In this document: in pieces, positions 8,682 through 19,397 of the stretch
Numbering within the stretch: position 1 is the stretch's first letter
How the letters are laid out: each line of letters opens with the position of its first letter
Origin: a bacterium
GTDB lineage: Bacteria > Bacillota_I > Bacilli_A > RF39 > UBA660
DNA length: 64,000 bases
Reading direction: 5' to 3'
NCBI GenBank assembly: GCA_044432745.1
Contig: JAWXUH010000005.1
Location: forward strand, 29,672 to 93,671
Program-made: the position numbers and the translations under genes
Notes under the pieces: generated by a model
What the model was told of the DNA's origin: nothing
Seen by the model: the letters and a program-made list of their open reading frames with translations, nothing else
The model's database searches: none

Positions 8682-11219
8682 TTATACCTCATACCAGTTA
8701 GTACCTTCATTACCTTGGACTAATAAAGGAACTCTTAGTTTAATTACATTTTCCATATTTCTCATTACTATTTCTGATACTATTTCTTTTTCTTCTTTTA
8801 TTACATCAAATATTAATTCATCGTGAACTTGTAATATCATTTTACTTTTTATATTTTTTTCTATAAATTCATTATGTATTTTTATCATTGCTACTTTTAT
8901 AATATCTGCACTAGTTCCTTGAATTGGCGTATTTAATGCTTGTCTTTCTCCAAGTTGTTTAACCATGAATACACTACTATTTATTTCTTCTATTTTTCTT
9001 TTTCTATTATAAAGTGTAGTTACATAACCAAGCTCTTTTGTTTTTATTATAATATCATCCATGTATTTTTTTACATTTGGATATAATTCATAATATTTTT
9101 GTATAAACTCTTCTGCTTCTTTTCTTGTTACTTTTAAATTTTCTCCAAGTCCAAAACCACTTATACCATATACTATTCCAAATATTACTGCTTTAGCAGT
9201 TTTTCTCTCTTCTTTTGTTATTTCTTCTTCTTTTTTATTATACATATCTGCTGCTACACTTCTATGTATATCTTTATCCTCATTAAATGCCGCAATTAAT
9301 TTTTCATCTTCTGATATATGTGCCATTATTCTTAACTCTATTTGAGAGTAATCGAATGACAAAAATAAGTCATTTACAGGTATAAATGCTTTTCTTATTT
9401 GTTTTCCTAATTCTTCTCTTACTGGTATATTTTGTAAATTAGGTTCACTACATGATAATCTACCAGTTCTTGCAAATGTTTGCTTAAATATAGGTTTTAT
9501 TTTTTTATTTTCATTTATATATTTTTTTGTACCTTTTATATATGTATTGTTTATTTTTTCTAAATTTCTAAACTGTAATATATAATTAATTATTTCATGT
9601 TTGTTTTTTAATTTTTCTAAAGTGGATGCATCTGTTACATATCCAGTTTTATTCTTTTTACCTTTTGCTATTTCTAACTTTTCAAATAATATTTCTCCAA
9701 GTTTTTTTGGAGAACCTACATTAAATTCTTCCCCTGCTAATGTATAAATTTTTTCAGTAACCTTCTTTGTTTCTTCTACAATTAATTCACCAAGATCATT
9801 TAATATATTTTCATCACAATATATACCTTGATTTTCCATACTATATAAAACTTTTGTAAGTGGTAATTCAATTTTTGTATATAAATTATATAAATTTTCT
9901 TTTTGTAATTTTTCTATACTTTCTTTTAATTCTTCTTTTATAAATTCTGCTTTTATAGCTCCCGCCATTTTTAGATTTTCTACATTTTCAAAATCTTTCT
10001 TTAATTGCATATAAGTATACTCATCTTCAATACCTACCAATATACTTGATATATCATCTAAAGTATTATTATTTAATAGAAATTCACTTATCATCAAATC
10101 ATCTGTAAATACGTCTCCAAATATTTTTAAATGTTTTTTAATATTATATGTAGATATTTTTTTATTTTTTAGTAGTGGTATTAAATCTGATATTAATTCT
10201 TTTTTGATAAAATAATTTTTATTGTTATCACAAATACTTACACTAACTACTTTTCCAGTGTGATAATTATTATCATCAAATTCTGCATATAAACTAAATT
10301 CTTCACTCAATATTAAATCAGTTATGTTAGTTACTTCTATTATTTTTAATTCTTTTTTTTGAGTACTTTTATTTCTTAAAAAAGTTTTAAATTCTAATTT
10401 TTCATAAAGTTCATATAAACCTTCTTGCTCACCTATATACTTAAAATCTTCTAATGTTTCTTTAAGTGGTACATCACAAAAAATTGTTGCTAGCTTATAA
10501 CTTATATAAGCATTTTCTTTATCATTTAATATTTTTTCTTTTTGTGTACCTTTTAAATTTTCTATATTTTCATATAAGTTATCTAACGTTTTATATTCTT
10601 GGAGTAACTTTAATGCTGTTTTTTCACCTATTCCTTTTACACCAGGAATATTATCAGATGTATCTCCCATTAATGCTTTTAGATCAACTATTCTTTTTGG
10701 TTCTAATAAATATTCTTCTTCAAAAATTTCTCTTGTGTATCTAATATTACCTTTTGATTTTAGTAATTTCATTTCACTTTTTTTATCTATTAATTGCATT
10801 AGATCGACATCACTTGATATTATTAATGATGTGAAATCTTCAGAACTATTAACTTCTTTTGCAAGTGTTCCAATTATATCATCTGCTTCATATGGCTCAA
10901 GTTCTATGTACTTAATTCCCATCAAAGTTAGCATCTCTTTCACAACAGGAAATTGTTCTTTTAATTCTTCAGGAGTTTCTTTTCTTCCTGCTTTGTAAAA
11001 ATCAAATTCTTCTTTTCTAAAGTTTTTACCTTTATCAAAAGCTACTGCTATATATTCTGGTTTTTCTTCTGATATTATTTTATTTATCATATTGGTAAAA
11101 CCATAAAGTGCATTCGTACTCATCCCTGAAGAAGTCCTTAAATTTCCTCCATGATCTCTTATTGCGTAGAATGCTCTAAACATAAAATTATTTCCATCTA
11201 TTAATACTATTTTTTTCAT
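8682..11219 (-). CDS. polA: DNA polymerase I
   Basis: 5'-3' exonuclease domain (LIDGNN, YEADD) plus polymerase motifs DYSQIELR and LQVHDEL. Confidence 0.98.
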   Translation of the reverse strand: MKKIVLIDGNNFMFRAFYAIRDHGGNLRTSSGMSTNALYGFTNMINKIISEEKPEYIAVAFDKGKNFRKEEFDFYKAGRKETPEELKEQFPVVKEMLTLMGIKYIELEPYEADDIIGTLAKEVNSSEDFTSLIISSDVDLMQLIDKKSEMKLLKSKGNIRYTREIFEEEYLLEPKRIVDLKALMGDTSDNIPGVKGIGEKTALKLLQEYKTLDNLYENIENLKGTQKEKILNDKENAYISYKLATIFCDVPLKETLEDFKYIGEQEGLYELYEKLEFKTFLRNKSTQKKELKIIEVTNITDLILSEEFSLYAEFDDNNYHTGKVVSVSICDNNKNYFIKKELISDLIPLLKNKKISTYNIKKHLKIFGDVFTDDLMISEFLLNNNTLDDISSILVGIEDEYTYMQLKKDFENVENLKMAGAIKAEFIKEELKESIEKLQKENLYNLYTKIELPLTKVLYSMENQGIYCDENILNDLGELIVEETKKVTEKIYTLAGEEFNVGSPKKLGEILFEKLEIAKGKKNKTGYVTDASTLEKLKNKHEIINYILQFRNLEKINNTYIKGTKKYINENKKIKPIFKQTFARTGRLSCSEPNLQNIPVREELGKQIRKAFIPVNDLFLSFDYSQIELRIMAHISEDEKLIAAFNEDKDIHRSVAADMYNKKEEEITKEERKTAKAVIFGIVYGISGFGLGENLKVTRKEAEEFIQKYYELYPNVKKYMDDIIIKTKELGYVTTLYNRKRKIEEINSSVFMVKQLGERQALNTPIQGTSADIIKVAMIKIHNEFIEKNIKSKMILQVHDELIFDVIKEEKEIVSEIVMRNMENVIKLRVPLLVQGNEGTNWYEV

Positions 11220-11261
11220 AAATACCTCTTTTTTTAGTATAACATATTTTAATTTTTTTTA

Positions 11262-11519
11262 TTAGAAAATTTTATAAAATATGTAAATGTGAATTAATAA
11301 TATTAATGGCATTAATACTTTAAATTTTGTTTTTCTTATCTTATGATGAAATACAAACATTCCTAATATACTTCCAATTGAACCAAATATTATTGCAACT
11401 AAAAATAAATTAAATTCACTTATTCTTCCCTTCTTTTTTATAGCACAAAATTTATCTATACCCATCATCAAAAATGAGACTATATTTATACCTATTAAAT
11501 AATAATCCATATTTACCAC
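11262..11519 (-). CDS. DUF1294-type small membrane protein
   Basis: GIDK..A.K...RISE and HKIRK.KF pattern. Confidence 0.8.
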   Translation of the reverse strand: MVNMDYYLIGINIVSFLMMGIDKFCAIKKKGRISEFNLFLVAIIFGSIGSILGMFVFHHKIRKTKFKVLMPLILLIHIYIFYKIF

Positions 11520-11563
11520 CTTTATAATAATTATAACATAAAAAAAAAGACTTTTTTTAAGTC

Positions 11564-13231
11564 TTAATTAGCGTATACTGATGTAATATTTAAATATTCT
11601 TCTAAACATAGTCCAGAGTTGTATACTTTTGTTGCTACATCTACTCCTAAATATCTTAAGTGCCATGGTTCATACATATATCCTGTTATATGTTCTTTTC
11701 CTTCGGGATATCTTACAATAAAACCATACTTATGTGCATTTTTTGCAAGCCAATCCCATTCATTAGTGTAATTTGCAACATCAATTCCAAGTCCTGATTG
11801 ATGTTCTGAGTGACCAGGTCTTGCTGAATATGTATCAGCTTCTTCTTGTCCATCTCTTTTTACGTAATTATTATATATACTATCTTGAAGTGTATAAGAT
11901 CTATAACCTGATGTAATTACTAACGATAAATTTTCTTTACTTGCAGCTGTTTTCATAGTAGAAAATGCACTACTTAACGCTGATGATAAACCTGGTGCAT
12001 ATGTACTTGGTAAAGCATAGGTTTTGTTTACTATTAATATTCCATCTATATATTTTATTCCTGATACAGTTGGTGTTTGCACCACTTCTTTTACAGTTAC
12101 ATTAATTACTTTACTAATCTCTGTGCCACTTGTTGTACTTATTGTTACTTTAGCAGTTCCTATACCTACTGCTTTTATTTTATCATCTTCATATACAACA
12201 ACTTTCTCATCGGATGATACTATTTTTATATCATTTTTATTTTCTGCATTACTCGGTACTAATTCATACGTCAATGATGATGTGTTACCTACGTATAGAG
12301 TAATATTACTACTTGATACATTTATTTCTTTTACGTAATTATTTATTATTATTTCTACATCTGTTTTTATATCATTTTTTTCATTTAAAATACTTAATGT
12401 TATATTACCTTCTTTAATTGGATTTAACATTTCTTCTTCTATTATAAAATATTCTTCGTCGTATTCTAATTTATATGTTTTATCTGTTGCATTTTCTGGT
12501 ATAACAGATATATTTAATTTAACCTCTTCTCCTACTTCGAAATTTGTAGTTTCTATTTCATATGACTCAGGAGCTATATATATTATTATGTATGATTTTG
12601 CTTCTTCGTTATAATTTATATCTATTGTGTTTTTATTTATATTTACTGTTTCGTAATATTCTAGGTCATTATCTTTATTTATTAGATAAATATCTACTAT
12701 ATCTTTATTTTCTAAAAAATCGTATTTACTTATATCAATACTTAAAGCATCAAAATCAAATTCATTTATATAAATATGTTTTATTTCATCTATCTGTTCA
12801 TATTTAATTTCATTTTGTATTTTTAAAGAAACACTAAGATCTATTACTTTATTTATATTTTTGTTATTTAAAGTAACTGTGTAATTTTCATATATTATGT
12901 TTGCTTCTAGTTCATTTTCTTTTATATAATTAATTGTTTTACTTTTTAAGTATATTTTACTATATTTAGTTTCATATTCAAAAATATTATCTTTGCTGTT
13001 AACTGCTAATTTATATATTTTATAATCTGTATAACTGTATATACCATAAATACTTAATATACATAACAAAGTTACTAATAGAATTATTACTGATATTTTT
13101 TTTAGATTCTTTTTTTTATTTTGATTATTTTTATCTTCTTTTTTTATAGAACTAACATTACTTTTTTTAACTTTTTTTTCTTCATTCTTTACTTTTTTTA
13201 TAGACTTAGATTCTTTTTTACTACTCATCAC
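11564..13231 (-). CDS. M15B D-Ala-D-Ala/LD-carboxypeptidase with Ig-like (Big_2) stalk
   Basis: N-terminal TM, P.NA.(D/N)K Ig-like repeats, SGYRS, SEHQSGLGID and EPWHLRY. Confidence 0.88.
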   Translation of the reverse strand: MMSSKKESKSIKKVKNEEKKVKKSNVSSIKKEDKNNQNKKKNLKKISVIILLVTLLCILSIYGIYSYTDYKIYKLAVNSKDNIFEYETKYSKIYLKSKTINYIKENELEANIIYENYTVTLNNKNINKVIDLSVSLKIQNEIKYEQIDEIKHIYINEFDFDALSIDISKYDFLENKDIVDIYLINKDNDLEYYETVNINKNTIDINYNEEAKSYIIIYIAPESYEIETTNFEVGEEVKLNISVIPENATDKTYKLEYDEEYFIIEEEMLNPIKEGNITLSILNEKNDIKTDVEIIINNYVKEINVSSSNITLYVGNTSSLTYELVPSNAENKNDIKIVSSDEKVVVYEDDKIKAVGIGTAKVTISTTSGTEISKVINVTVKEVVQTPTVSGIKYIDGILIVNKTYALPSTYAPGLSSALSSAFSTMKTAASKENLSLVITSGYRSYTLQDSIYNNYVKRDGQEEADTYSARPGHSEHQSGLGIDVANYTNEWDWLAKNAHKYGFIVRYPEGKEHITGYMYEPWHLRYLGVDVATKVYNSGLCLEEYLNITSVYAN

Positions 13232-13312
13232 ACTTACTCCTATATTTTTTATTATAACATAAATAATAATTTTCTTGTTTTAATTTTTTTATTTTCACAT
13301 ATTGTTTATTAG

Positions 13313-14014
13313 GTGGTAATAATGATTTTTTTATTAAATTTAATTAAGGGTTTTTTCTTTTTTTCTGGTAGTTATTCTAATGAAATATTTCCAGAACCGC
13401 TTAGTGAAGATGAAGAAAAAAAATGTATCTTAGAGATGAAAAATGGTAGTAAAGATGCGCGTAACAAATTAATTGAACACAATTTGAGACTAGTGGCCCA
13501 CATTGTAAAAAAATTTGATTCTAAAAACGCAGACGTTGATGATTTAATTTCAATTGGTACAATCGGATTAATTAAAGGTATTGATACGTATAAATTTGAT
13601 CAAGATGTAAAAATAACTACATATGCTGCTAGATGTATTCAAAATGAAATTTTAATGAATTTTAGATCTAATAAGAAAACGAATCTTAATATCTCTCTTG
13701 ATGATTATGTTGGATTTGATAAAGATGGCAATGAAATTAGATTAATTGACGTTTTAAAAGATGAATCTACAGATTTTATTGAACAGATAAACACAAAGGA
13801 TAATATAAAAAGAATAGAAGATTATCTTTGTCTTCTTAATACTAGAGAAAAAGATATTATTATTAAAAGATATGGACTTTATAATACTAAAGCTCAAACT
13901 CAAAAGGATATTGCTAAAAACATGAAAATTTCTAGAAGTTATGTTTCTAGAATTGAAAAAAGAGCTCTTACTAAAATGCTCCGTTTATTTTATAAAAGTA
14001 AAAATGATATATAA
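13313..14014 (+). CDS. sigK: Sporulation sigma factor pro-sigma-K
   Basis: Hydrophobic pro-peptide, then FPEPLS, LIEHNLRLVAHIVKKF, DDLISIGTIGLIKG, ISRSYVSRIEKRAL. True start may be ATG 13322. Confidence 0.92.
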   Translation: MVIMIFLLNLIKGFFFFSGSYSNEIFPEPLSEDEEKKCILEMKNGSKDARNKLIEHNLRLVAHIVKKFDSKNADVDDLISIGTIGLIKGIDTYKFDQDVKITTYAARCIQNEILMNFRSNKKTNLNISLDDYVGFDKDGNEIRLIDVLKDESTDFIEQINTKDNIKRIEDYLCLLNTREKDIIIKRYGLYNTKAQTQKDIAKNMKISRSYVSRIEKRALTKMLRLFYKSKNDI

Positions 14015-14033
14015 TTTTCAAATAAAAAAAATG

Positions 14034-14276
14034 TTAAATTGAATCAACATTTATTTTTATTTTTGGAGTATGTTCTATATAACTTTTAACTCTTAGTAAT
14101 GTTTTAATTGCTGATATAGTGTTTCCACTTCTACCTATTACTGCACTTTTATCATCTTTATCTACAATAATTTCAATCATTAAACAATCTTCAAGTTCAA
14201 TAGTTGATACTTTTACTGACTCCGGATTTTTGCATATACTCTTAATAAGAAATTCAGCGTAATCTGCTAAATCCAT
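14034..14276 (-). CDS. khpA: KH-domain RNA-binding protein
   Basis: VIGRSG KH loop. Directly downstream of rpsP. Confidence 0.85.
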   Translation of the reverse strand: MDLADYAEFLIKSICKNPESVKVSTIELEDCLMIEIIVDKDDKSAVIGRSGNTISAIKTLLRVKSYIEHTPKIKINVDSI

Positions 14277-14279
14277 TTT

Positions 14280-14546
14280 TTATTTTACCTCTTTTAAAGA
14301 TGCTTTAGTAATTCCTTCTTTTTTTAGAATAGAATTAACTGTATCTGTTGGTTGAGCACCATTTTTTAACCATTTAATAGCTAATTCTTTATCAAGTGTT
14401 ACTACTGCTGGTTGTTTGATTGGATCATAAGTTCCTACTGTTTCAATGAATCTACCGTCTCTTGGACTTTTTGCATCAGCAACTACGATTCTATAAAAAG
14501 GTCTTTTTTTAGATCCCATTTTTTTCAGTCTTAATTTTACTGCCAT
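14280..14546 (-). CDS. rpsP: 30S ribosomal protein S16
   Basis: [24 protein letters not shown]. Confidence 0.98.
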   Translation of the reverse strand: MAVKLRLKKMGSKKRPFYRIVVADAKSPRDGRFIETVGTYDPIKQPAVVTLDKELAIKWLKNGAQPTDTVNSILKKEGITKASLKEVK

Positions 14547-14667
14547 AATATATTCCTTCCTTTCTTAAGTAAATATACTATATCATATAAATTATACAGG
14601 TGTCAACTAAAATATGTTGACACCTATTATTTAAATGAAATTTAGTTTCGTTATTTTTATAAACATA

Positions 14668-16626
14668 TTACATTTGAACTACTTTTTTTTCATTTACATT
14701 TATAACAACATCGTAATTTGTTTTATCTTTTATATCTTCTTCATTACTATTATTAAATCCTACTTTGTTTTTATTATTATTTTCTTTACTAAATACAATA
14801 AGAGCATTATTTAAATATATTTTTTCTTGTTTAGAATCTATAATATATCCATCTTTTATTATTTCATTAAAGAAATTTTTTACTACAATAGAACATTTAT
14901 CTATATTTTCTATATATATTAAAGCATATGAATTATATTTAAGTTTTGAAAAAACATGTTCTTCATTATACCCTACATATCCAGGATTTGAACCTTTTAA
15001 TTTAGTAATACTTTCATCATGTTTGTATTCTTCTCCTCTTATCTTAATATAGTTTATCGTAGGCAATATTTTTTTAATATTTATTACTATTTTATCTGCT
15101 TCTCCTAGTATTAAACATGATCTAATTTTTGTTATATCTTCTAACTTTGTTAAAATTAATTTTTCAATTTTACTTGATATATTTAAATCTAAAAAAGTTT
15201 CTTTTATTTTTTTTTCAATATTTTTTCTATTAATATTTATTGGAATGTTTACTTTTGTTTCTAATACTTTTACTATATCCTTATACGAAATTTTATTGTT
15301 AGTCTTTTTGTTATTATTTGAGGTTTTTAATTTTAGAATTTCTTCTATATTAGAATATTTTAATGCCTTCTCATACTCCTTATTTACTACTGCTATATTT
15401 TTTTTATCTTTTATTATTTTAAGTTCATTTTCGTAATCACTCACCTGATTTAAATTGTCATTTTTTATCTGTATATAGGATGAGACAGAGTCTAAAAAGT
15501 CTATCGATTTATCAGGATTTCTTTTATTTTTTATAAATTTATCTGACAAATTTACTATATCAATTACATTTTTATTTGTTATTTTAACTGAATGAAATTT
15601 TTCATATTCTTCTTTTATTTTTGTCAATATTTCTATTGTTTCTTCAACAGACGGTTCCTTTATCATTATTGTTTCAAATCTTCTTTGCAATGCTTTATCT
15701 TTTGCTATATATTTATTATACTCTATTGTTGTTGTTGCTCCTATTACTTTTATATTTCCTCTTGCTAAACATGGTTTAAATATATCAGATGCTCCTATTG
15801 CACCTTCTGCTCCTCCCGCATTTATTATTGTATGAATCTCATCTATAAATAGTATTATATCTTGATTTTCCTCACATGATGTTATTATGTTTGTTAATTT
15901 TTCTTCAAATTCGCCTCTGTATTTAGTTCCAGATACTACTGAAGACATATCTATACTTATTATTTTAGAATTTCTTAATTTGGTAGGAACTTTTCCTTTT
16001 TTTATCATTCTAGCTAGTTCTTCAACTACTGCACTTTTTCCTACACCTGCTTCTCCTATTAATAGCGGATTACTTTTCTTCTTCCTTAATAAAGTTTCTA
16101 TTATAAATTGGATTTCTTTTTCTCTTCCTATTACATTTTCATTTATATCTACTTCTTCTGTTAAATTTTTTCCAAATATTATTTTTTCTTCACCTGTTGT
16201 TCCCTTTTGATTTATTGATTTATATAACAAATCTAGATCAACTTCCAGAGACAATAATATCCTTATTGCAACACCTTCATTTTCTTCTAATAAGGATTCT
16301 AATAAATATTTTGCATTTAGTGTATCATCAGATATTTTTGCTTCTTCTATTGCAAAATTTATTACTCTTTTTAAAAGTGGTGTATATAAATTAAATTCTG
16401 TATTGTTTTTAGGAATACCCACTGTACTTATTAGTTTATTTTGAAAAATTTCATACGTTATATTCTGATTTTCAAACATTTTTTTTATTTCATTATCATT
16501 TTTTATCAATGATAATAATAAATGTTCACTTCCAACAAAAGGATGAGCTAATTTTTCTCTCTCTTCTTCCATATCATTTAATATTTTAGTTACATATATA
16601 TCATATTCTTTATTCATTTTATCCAC
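14668..16626 (-). CDS. ClpC-like AAA+ ATPase with degenerate second nucleotide-binding domain
   Basis: Clp-N repeats, D1 GEAGVGKS and FIDEIH. D2 retains GSNPGYVGY but has no Walker A. Confidence 0.85.
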   Translation of the reverse strand: MDKMNKEYDIYVTKILNDMEEEREKLAHPFVGSEHLLLSLIKNDNEIKKMFENQNITYEIFQNKLISTVGIPKNNTEFNLYTPLLKRVINFAIEEAKISDDTLNAKYLLESLLEENEGVAIRILLSLEVDLDLLYKSINQKGTTGEEKIIFGKNLTEEVDINENVIGREKEIQFIIETLLRKKKSNPLLIGEAGVGKSAVVEELARMIKKGKVPTKLRNSKIISIDMSSVVSGTKYRGEFEEKLTNIITSCEENQDIILFIDEIHTIINAGGAEGAIGASDIFKPCLARGNIKVIGATTTIEYNKYIAKDKALQRRFETIMIKEPSVEETIEILTKIKEEYEKFHSVKITNKNVIDIVNLSDKFIKNKRNPDKSIDFLDSVSSYIQIKNDNLNQVSDYENELKIIKDKKNIAVVNKEYEKALKYSNIEEILKLKTSNNNKKTNNKISYKDIVKVLETKVNIPININRKNIEKKIKETFLDLNISSKIEKLILTKLEDITKIRSCLILGEADKIVINIKKILPTINYIKIRGEEYKHDESITKLKGSNPGYVGYNEEHVFSKLKYNSYALIYIENIDKCSIVVKNFFNEIIKDGYIIDSKQEKIYLNNALIVFSKENNNKNKVGFNNSNEEDIKDKTNYDVVINVNEKKVVQM

Positions 16627-16720
16627 CTATCTATATTCTATGATTGTTATGTATGTTTTTTTATTTTTTATACAAAAAAATACAAAAAAAAACTAAAATA
16701 TTTTTTAGTTTCTTTTTATA

Positions 16721-18559
16721 TTAAGCTACGTAAGTTATTATAGTTAATAATAATAATGTAACAATTAATATTCCAGCAAAATATACTGCTATGTACTTAA
16801 CCCATTTTGTATATGGTACTTTTGTATAATACAAACCAAATAATAGTGGACTTGTTGGTACAATTAATTGTATTAATGCTGCAATTGAAGTAAAACATAA
16901 TCCAAATAAATTCAATACATCATTATAAGCTGTACTAATGTATGAAGATAATAAATATCCTGTAAATGCTACATCAGCATGGAATAATCCTGTAAACATT
17001 GCAGCTAATGCAGATGTAAATGGATTGAAATCTTCTGTTAATTCAAATAAATAATATGCAACTGATGCCGTAAAATTAATTGAATATGCAACTGTAAATA
17101 CTACTGTTATTAAAACTAATAATAATATTGGTTTTGCAAAGAAATTAAATGTATCACTCAAAGCGTCAACTATCTTATCCAGTTTAATTCTATATGCTAA
17201 CATAGTTAATAATGTAAACATTGTTACAATAACAACCCCGTCAAATACAGTAAACGTTCCAAATACACTCGCTGACATTGATGATCCAAGTAACAATTCA
17301 AATACTGCATATTCACCTAATGTTATTTCAAATAATTTTTCATGTAAATTTTGAAATAATTCTATTTCGAAATTATCGAACCAATTAATATATCCTAAAG
17401 AAAGGAATATTGAAGCAAGAGTCATTATTACCATCAAAGGAACATAATTTACTTTTTCATTTTCTTCTTCTGTTAAGAAATTTTCTTCTACTAACTCTTC
17501 TTTGTTATCTTTTAATTTTAATCCAACATACATTATAAATAATACTGCTACACAAATTTGAAGAACTATTCTATACATTAATACGTCACTTGCTACAATT
17601 CCAGTATAATAACTAAATCCTGAAATACCTTCTGTTCCATATGGTGAAGATATTGTTCCTGCTATTAAAGCACCAAACGTTACTGTAAATGCTGTAACTT
17701 TATCAATTTTTAATTTAACTAATATTGAAATAAATAACGGTAAGAAGAACAATACTGCATATGTTTCATTAACTAAAGAAGTTAATAATATAACTATTAA
17801 AGCTATTGCAAATGCTAATTCTTTACCTTTTCCTTTTAAATTTTCAGTCATTTTTGATACCATAGTATGATAAGCACCAGTTAATTCCATAGTTTTATAG
17901 AACATACCAATTGCAAATATCATAATTATTTTATCAATTGTCATATAAACACCGTTATATAATAAATTTATTATATCATTTATAGTGATACCATTTCCTG
18001 GTGTTTCAACAAACTGTGTTGAACTTAATTGTCCAGCTGGAAATATCCAACTACCTAATATTGCTCCTGCTATTATTACTATTACTGATTTAATTAATGC
18101 ATTTTTTTCACTTCTCATTGCATCAGCTATACCTGTAACTACTAAAGTCATAAAACCAATCAATTTTACTGGCATTACTAATTCACCTAATTTTATGTCA
18201 AGCATTTTAAAATCAGATAAATTGTTATTAAACAAAACACCTAACGCAATCATTATAATCGCTAATCCATATAAATAAAATTTTATTTTTTCAAAATCAT
18301 ATTTACTATTTGTTGTTGATTTTTCAACTTTGATCAAATCTACTTTAGGTTTTTGTTCCTCTCTTATTTTTTCTAAATCTTTTACTGATTTTTCTTGATT
18401 TTGATTCTTTTTAGTTTTTACTGCATCGTTAGTTTTCTTACTAGAACTATTCGTTGTTTTATTAACAGTTGTAGTTGAAGTCTTTTTTACAGTTGCTGTT
18501 GTTTTTCCAGCAGTCTTATTATTACTTTTTTTAGAACCATTATTTTTTTTATTTTCCAT
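16721..18559 (-). CDS. Polytopic membrane protein, YfcC/DcuC-like transporter
   Basis: Many TM segments after a K/T/N-rich N-terminal tail. C-terminal PTS....GL.Y..VPY.KW.K motif resembles YfcC. Confidence 0.6.
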   Translation of the reverse strand: MENKKNNGSKKSNNKTAGKTTATVKKTSTTTVNKTTNSSSKKTNDAVKTKKNQNQEKSVKDLEKIREEQKPKVDLIKVEKSTTNSKYDFEKIKFYLYGLAIIMIALGVLFNNNLSDFKMLDIKLGELVMPVKLIGFMTLVVTGIADAMRSEKNALIKSVIVIIAGAILGSWIFPAGQLSSTQFVETPGNGITINDIINLLYNGVYMTIDKIIMIFAIGMFYKTMELTGAYHTMVSKMTENLKGKGKELAFAIALIVILLTSLVNETYAVLFFLPLFISILVKLKIDKVTAFTVTFGALIAGTISSPYGTEGISGFSYYTGIVASDVLMYRIVLQICVAVLFIMYVGLKLKDNKEELVEENFLTEEENEKVNYVPLMVIMTLASIFLSLGYINWFDNFEIELFQNLHEKLFEITLGEYAVFELLLGSSMSASVFGTFTVFDGVVIVTMFTLLTMLAYRIKLDKIVDALSDTFNFFAKPILLLVLITVVFTVAYSINFTASVAYYLFELTEDFNPFTSALAAMFTGLFHADVAFTGYLLSSYISTAYNDVLNLFGLCFTSIAALIQLIVPTSPLLFGLYYTKVPYTKWVKYIAVYFAGILIVTLLLLTIITYVA

Positions 18560-18656
18560 TTTTTACTTCCTCCTAATTGTGATTATAACAAAAATTCATA
18601 ATAAAAAAAAGTGCTATTACACTTTTTTTACACTTTTTACAAACTAATAATATTCA

Positions 18657-19223
18657 TTAAATATTATAAATTTTGTTTTTTCTACCTATTACTAAGTATA
18701 AACCTACTGTTACAACACCAGCTGTTCCAATTGCTATTACCGGAATATTAATTCCTGTATCAGGATTAGTTGTTGTTGTTTGAGTAATGATAATATCTTT
18801 AGAACCTAATGATGTATCAAATTTAATTGTACAATCATCTTCTATTTCAGCTGAATCATACACAAACGTAAATGTACCTAACTCTAAATTATTGTCTGCA
18901 TCAATAACATAATCTTCCATTCCATCATAAGTTAAAGTAAATTTATCTCCTGATTGTGATACTGAAAACACTGACGAAATATCTGAATCAGTAAATTCAA
19001 TTCCAGTTGGATATACAACACCCACTGTAATTGGTGTACTTTCATTTATTGTAATGTCATCTCCAGATCCAACTTTGATTGTTAATGTAATATCTTTTGT
19101 TACTACTGTTCCATCATTTGATACTTTTTGTGTATAAACCAAATCTGGACTTGCTGCTGCTTGAACAAACATTGGAACCATCATAAATACTGCCATTAAT
19201 CCTATTAATAATTTCTTTTTCAT
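18657..19223 (-). CDS. Sortase-anchored surface protein (NPDTG signal)
   Basis: Signal peptide MKKKLLIG...VQA, beta-rich body, NPDTG plus hydrophobic helix plus RKNK tail. Start moved to follow the AGGAG SD. Confidence 0.8.
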   Translation of the reverse strand: MKKKLLIGLMAVFMMVPMFVQAAASPDLVYTQKVSNDGTVVTKDITLTIKVGSGDDITINESTPITVGVVYPTGIEFTDSDISSVFSVSQSGDKFTLTYDGMEDYVIDADNNLELGTFTFVYDSAEIEDDCTIKFDTSLGSKDIIITQTTTTNPDTGINIPVIAIGTAGVVTVGLYLVIGRKNKIYNI

Positions 19224-19397
19224 AATAATCTCTCTCCTCCTTTTATTATACCCATATTGTAACATAAAAATCCAAAAATTGTAACATTTTTTTTCTTTTT
19301 TTTACAATTTTCAACCTTTTATGTATTTTTCTGTTGTTTTTTACTTATATTATGATAAAATAAATATATAAGTGTAATATAGAAATGGGTAAAAGAT

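Noticed and set aside
11564-12030. VanY vancomycin-resistance gene
   Set aside because: M15B domain on an Ig stalk with no van ligase, dehydrogenase or regulator nearby. More likely a housekeeping wall peptidase.
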